DNA of 20,000 nucleotides, taken from IMG/VR virus record IMGVR_UViG_3300034355_000834, one strand, 5' to 3'. The position numbers and the translations under genes were made by a program. Source of the DNA: an uncultured virus (IMG/VR IMGVR_UViG_3300034355_000834). Lineage: Duplodnaviria > Heunggongvirae > Uroviricota > Caudoviricetes. Every line of letters starts with the position of its first letter. Within the stretch, counting starts at the first letter, position 1. This document shows, piece after piece, positions 17,098 to 20,000 of this stretch. The notes below the pieces were generated by a model. That model saw nothing but the letters and a program-made list of their open reading frames with translations. It ran no database searches and had not been told where the DNA came from.

Positions 17098-17127
17098 AAA
17101 AAGGCGGTTAAATTTAACCGCCTTTTT
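17098..17127. terminator. Intrinsic, potentially bidirectional terminator (perfect 30-bp palindrome)
   Basis: AAAAAGGCGGTTAAA|TTTAACCGCCTTTTT, just after the lipoprotein stop. Confidence 0.85.
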
Positions 17128-17149
17128 CATGCTTGCTAAATATGCAACA

Positions 17150-17689
17150 ATGTCAAGCAAATCAAAAACAAAAGGATCAAATTTTGAAAGAGCTTATTCT
17201 ACGTTCTTATCAGAATTATTCGGTTCTCCTTTTATTCGTGTGCCCAATTCAGGTGCATTCGTCGGAGGTAAAAACATCGTCCGAAAAGCTAAATTGGATG
17301 AGAATCAAGCAAAAACCTTCAAGGGTGATATTATTCCACCTGATACTTGGGTTAATTGGAATTGTGAGTGCAAATCATACGCCGATTTCCCGTTTCATCA
17401 GCTATTCAGCGGTGAAGTGAAGATTCTTGATACATGGATTGAACAGTGCCTAATCGTGGCAGATAAGGATGATTTTAGCTTTATTGCGTTCAAGATCAAT
17501 CGCAAAGGCACATTCATTGCTGTAAAAAAATATCACGCTGACATGAAGTTTATAAATAACTTTACATACAACAGCGAAAAAAATGGAGAATGGATAATAA
17601 TGGACTCAAGTGAGTTTTGGCAAATGAATGCCGATGTTGTTCGTTCTGTATGTGAAGAATTAAAAGAAAAAAGTAAAATTAACACTTGA
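17150..17689 (+). CDS. Holliday-junction-resolvase-like PD-(D/E)xK nuclease
   Basis: SKSKTKGSNFER...F.RVPNSGA...GDII...CECKSY. The likely start is ATG 17150, downstream of the terminator, with TAAATA just upstream. Confidence 0.75.
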   Translation: MSSKSKTKGSNFERAYSTFLSELFGSPFIRVPNSGAFVGGKNIVRKAKLDENQAKTFKGDIIPPDTWVNWNCECKSYADFPFHQLFSGEVKILDTWIEQCLIVADKDDFSFIAFKINRKGTFIAVKKYHADMKFINNFTYNSEKNGEWIIMDSSEFWQMNADVVRSVCEELKEKSKINT

Positions 17690-18860
17690 CACATTGTAGT
17701 GATATATATTACTATACAAGCATAGAAATTAGTAAGGCATCTTTAAGTAAGGCATCAAAAAACAGGCATCAAATTAAATCTATCACTGTGTAATACGGTG
17801 ATAGGGTATCCGGGTACAACGGATTCCTTAATGCACGATAGTTTGGCACTCTGTGCTACTATTGTTCCAACCGAGTAGTTATTTAATTACTTTGAATTTT
17901 TAGTTGGTATGTGCAAAATGTAATCGTAATAATAACACTGAGGGGATAATCGACCCGTCGCGAATAAATGACGGTCCTTGGGGTTCGGCTGAAATCGAAT
18001 TTCTAACATCAGATTCCCGTTTATGGACTCGAAACTGTTTCCAGTGAAAACCCGGCCACGTCGTGATGACGCGCCCGAAACAGAAAGTAGATGAGATTGG
18101 ACTGCTAGATTCCGTGAGTACCGGAGCTACCATAAATATCTGATGCCCTCAACAAAATAAGACTCTTAGGTGGAAGCGGAATAACGAGTATCCACCCCCA
18201 TTGAGACTGCTGAGTTATGCTCATTGCCGTCGGATTCTTGGGTGTCACGCTATTAGTAATTGCAGGGCAGGGCTGTCGTTACTAAGCAGTTAGGACCTAA
18301 CTTTAGGGTCTGAATGATGAGGGCAATGTGAAACAGATACAACCCTCACGTGCGTTATCTTTGTAGTCGGTAGGGGATAACCACGTTCCGTTGTGAGCCA
18401 AGACTGAGATAGGGGGTACAGCACAACCGCCTCCGTTGTTACTTAAGGATGAAGTAATGAATTCTCTAATACTGATGTGCGATTCGAACTCAAGAGATGA
18501 CATGCAAGCATGTTTTTTTGAATTCTTTACTTCCTTTGTGGGGTAGAATTGTTCTTCTTGCCCGTAAGGGCAAGATTGAGCGAAGAATCTAAGAGAGACA
18601 TCCGACGACAATTGATTATAACAACACTCTTCAAAAACATAATGAAACATAATTCATTATATCTATCTTAATTAAAGCTAATTAACCGTAAGAAAATAAA
18701 GCGAGGTGATGAACGAAGTGAATCACCGAAGCAGATGAGCTTTAGCTCATCTTTAATCTATCAATACAATCAAACATTATCAATAGTAATAGAATAATCC
18801 TTTTGACATTATGGATTCCTATGCCTAAAATTCAGTATCAAAAATGACATTGTTTCAGGC
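17690..18860. other. Long hairpin-rich non-coding region (candidate large ncRNA and/or origin)
   Basis: No convincing ORF; many stem-loops (e.g. TCTTGCCC-GTAA-GGGCAAGA at 18556-18575); visibly more GC-rich core. Confidence 0.55.
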
Positions 18861-18889
18861 ATAAAAAAGCACTCAGAATAGAGTGCTTT
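18861..18889 (-). terminator. Intrinsic terminator for the minus-strand gp26/gp51-like genes
   Basis: AAAGCACTC-6 nt loop-GAGTGCTTT; followed on the minus strand by a T-tract. Confidence 0.75.
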
Positions 18890-18911
18890 AATATCATATT
18901 CGCTAATAATA

Positions 18912-19145
18912 TCAAAAAAAGTTGAGGCCCGTCCGTTTCGTCACATCGAGATTGTCCTTGATCAATTCATTAACTGTCATTCTGTCATCATAACTTAGCA
19001 TCATAGCTTCTGAATAACTCATTCCTCCTCTCATATACCATGTAGTCTTAATAGCATCCGCTGCTATATCTCTCGCCTCCTTCTTCATTTTGTCAATGAT
19101 GTCAGTAACCTTTGCGGGATCACCTAAGAGGCGTCTTCGAAAAAA
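18912..19145 (-). CDS. Small baseplate-hub assembly protein (gp51-like); probably also the -1 frameshift extension of the upstream gene
   Basis: WYMRGGMSYSEAMMLSYDDR motif. The frame overlaps the upstream gene at a slippery site; an alternative own start is ATG 19088. Confidence 0.6.
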   Translation of the reverse strand, partial: FFRRRLLGDPAKVTDIIDKMKKEARDIAADAIKTTWYMRGGMSYSEAMMLSYDDRMTVNELIKDNLDVTKRTGLNFF

Positions 19146-19963
19146 TTGGATATATCCAACGTAAACTCCTGTGTATATTCGTGTTCGCAGTGTGGGCAAA
19201 TCACGTCTAATGGCTTTAGGTCAGATTTCTTTCGGACATCAATTCCGTGATCGCGGATAGCAGTATATTGAGCTTTGGGACAATTCTTTAAGAACTCAAG
19301 TATAAATTCAAAATCAGCAACAATGGCTGATGGGGTAGTTATTGAAGAAATAGTATGGGCAATACTTCTCATAGTTAAATCTGAAATTCTTCTGTAAGCA
19401 TCACCCAACGCCTTTGCTCGTTCCTCGTCTTCCATTTCGCTATTACCGGATATAGCATCAAGTGTGCGTTGATCAAAAAAATTGGAACGATTGACATCAT
19501 TCAACATTGTGTACGTTAGTGGTCTAAATGAAAACGATAGATCACCCATTTCTAGTGGCTGACTATAATCTACTGGTTGCATTGATCCTAATACAGTTTG
19601 AAGATCAACGTTGATTGTGTCGGATGTGTAACACGCGGGGCATGTCGTGCCGATTTCCATTTCTGGGCCATAACTTGCTAACCTGATCGCTGTTAGTAGT
19701 GCATTAAGATCACAAATTGGAAGATTCCATGCATTCTTGATGTTTGGAGCACAACCTTGGATTATTTCTACTAGCGCCATCCCATTAAATAAAAAATCAG
19801 GGGTGCGTGATATCATCTCTAAGGCGGCGGTAAGAGGGTAGATAGGAATCTCCCCATTCGGTGGAATATCAAGTTCACCTTCGGGGTAAAATTGTCCTCT
19901 ACTTGGTAATGCAATGGCTAACTTGGGGACACGAAAATATTGATTAAGTGGATTTGTTGTCAT
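19124..19963 (-). CDS. Baseplate hub assembly chaperone (T4 gp26-like)
   Basis: NPL.QYFR.P...I.LPSRG.FY, LL.AIR.ASYG, two CxxC motifs (CPAC, CPHC) and a terminal NFF. Confidence 0.75.
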   Translation of the reverse strand: MTTNPLNQYFRVPKLAIALPSRGQFYPEGELDIPPNGEIPIYPLTAALEMISRTPDFLFNGMALVEIIQGCAPNIKNAWNLPICDLNALLTAIRLASYGPEMEIGTTCPACYTSDTINVDLQTVLGSMQPVDYSQPLEMGDLSFSFRPLTYTMLNDVNRSNFFDQRTLDAISGNSEMEDEERAKALGDAYRRISDLTMRSIAHTISSITTPSAIVADFEFILEFLKNCPKAQYTAIRDHGIDVRKKSDLKPLDVICPHCEHEYTQEFTLDISNFFEDAS

Positions 19964-19981
19964 AATAACTCCTTTGATGTA

Positions 19982-19989
19982 TATTTATG
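19982..19989 (-). promoter_or_regulatory. T4-type late promoter-like motif CATAAATA
   Basis: Lies ~19 nt upstream of the gp26-like ATG, with an AGGAG SD between. Confidence 0.6.
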
Positions 19990-20000
19990 AATTAAAAAAC

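Noticed and set aside
17066..17149. N-terminal extension of the resolvase-like ORF
   Set aside because: It runs through the terminator palindrome. ATG 17150 gives the typical N-terminus.
343..17420. Short antisense or nested ORFs in the track (e.g. 343-537, 1155-1478, 6852-7097, 9165-9521, 12177-12398, 16224-16472, 17133-17420)
   Set aside because: They are shadows of longer, motif-supported genes.
17900..18650. Minus-strand ORFs 17900-18133 and 18303-18650
   Set aside because: Short, atypical composition, no recognisable motifs, and downstream of a minus-strand terminator in a hairpin-rich region.

Overview
AT-rich segment of a large T4-like (myovirus/jumbo-type) phage genome. The left part is a minus-strand baseplate/tail module. 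A plus-strand block follows with a gp55-like late sigma factor, gp47/gp46 (Mre11/Rad50-like) nuclease and dCMP deaminase. The main finding is a promoter-bounded accessory island (~9.93-16.15 kb) resembling a split Type ISP-like restriction system: an SF2 helicase, one full-length MTase-fold/TRD gene, three tandem N-terminally truncated cassettes, and an Mrr-like nuclease. All three cassettes start at the same 54-bp repeat behind an identical ACA-TGGA-TGT hairpin, suggesting a switchable-specificity array. The nuclease is cleanly interrupted by a 470-bp inverted insertion resembling a non-autonomous TnpB/omegaRNA element with its own promoter. The right part holds a GGCT-like gene, a lipoprotein, a resolvase-like nuclease, a 1.2-kb structured non-coding region, and a minus-strand gp26/gp51-like pair joined by a likely -1 frameshift. 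All family assignments come from motif recognition, not database searches.
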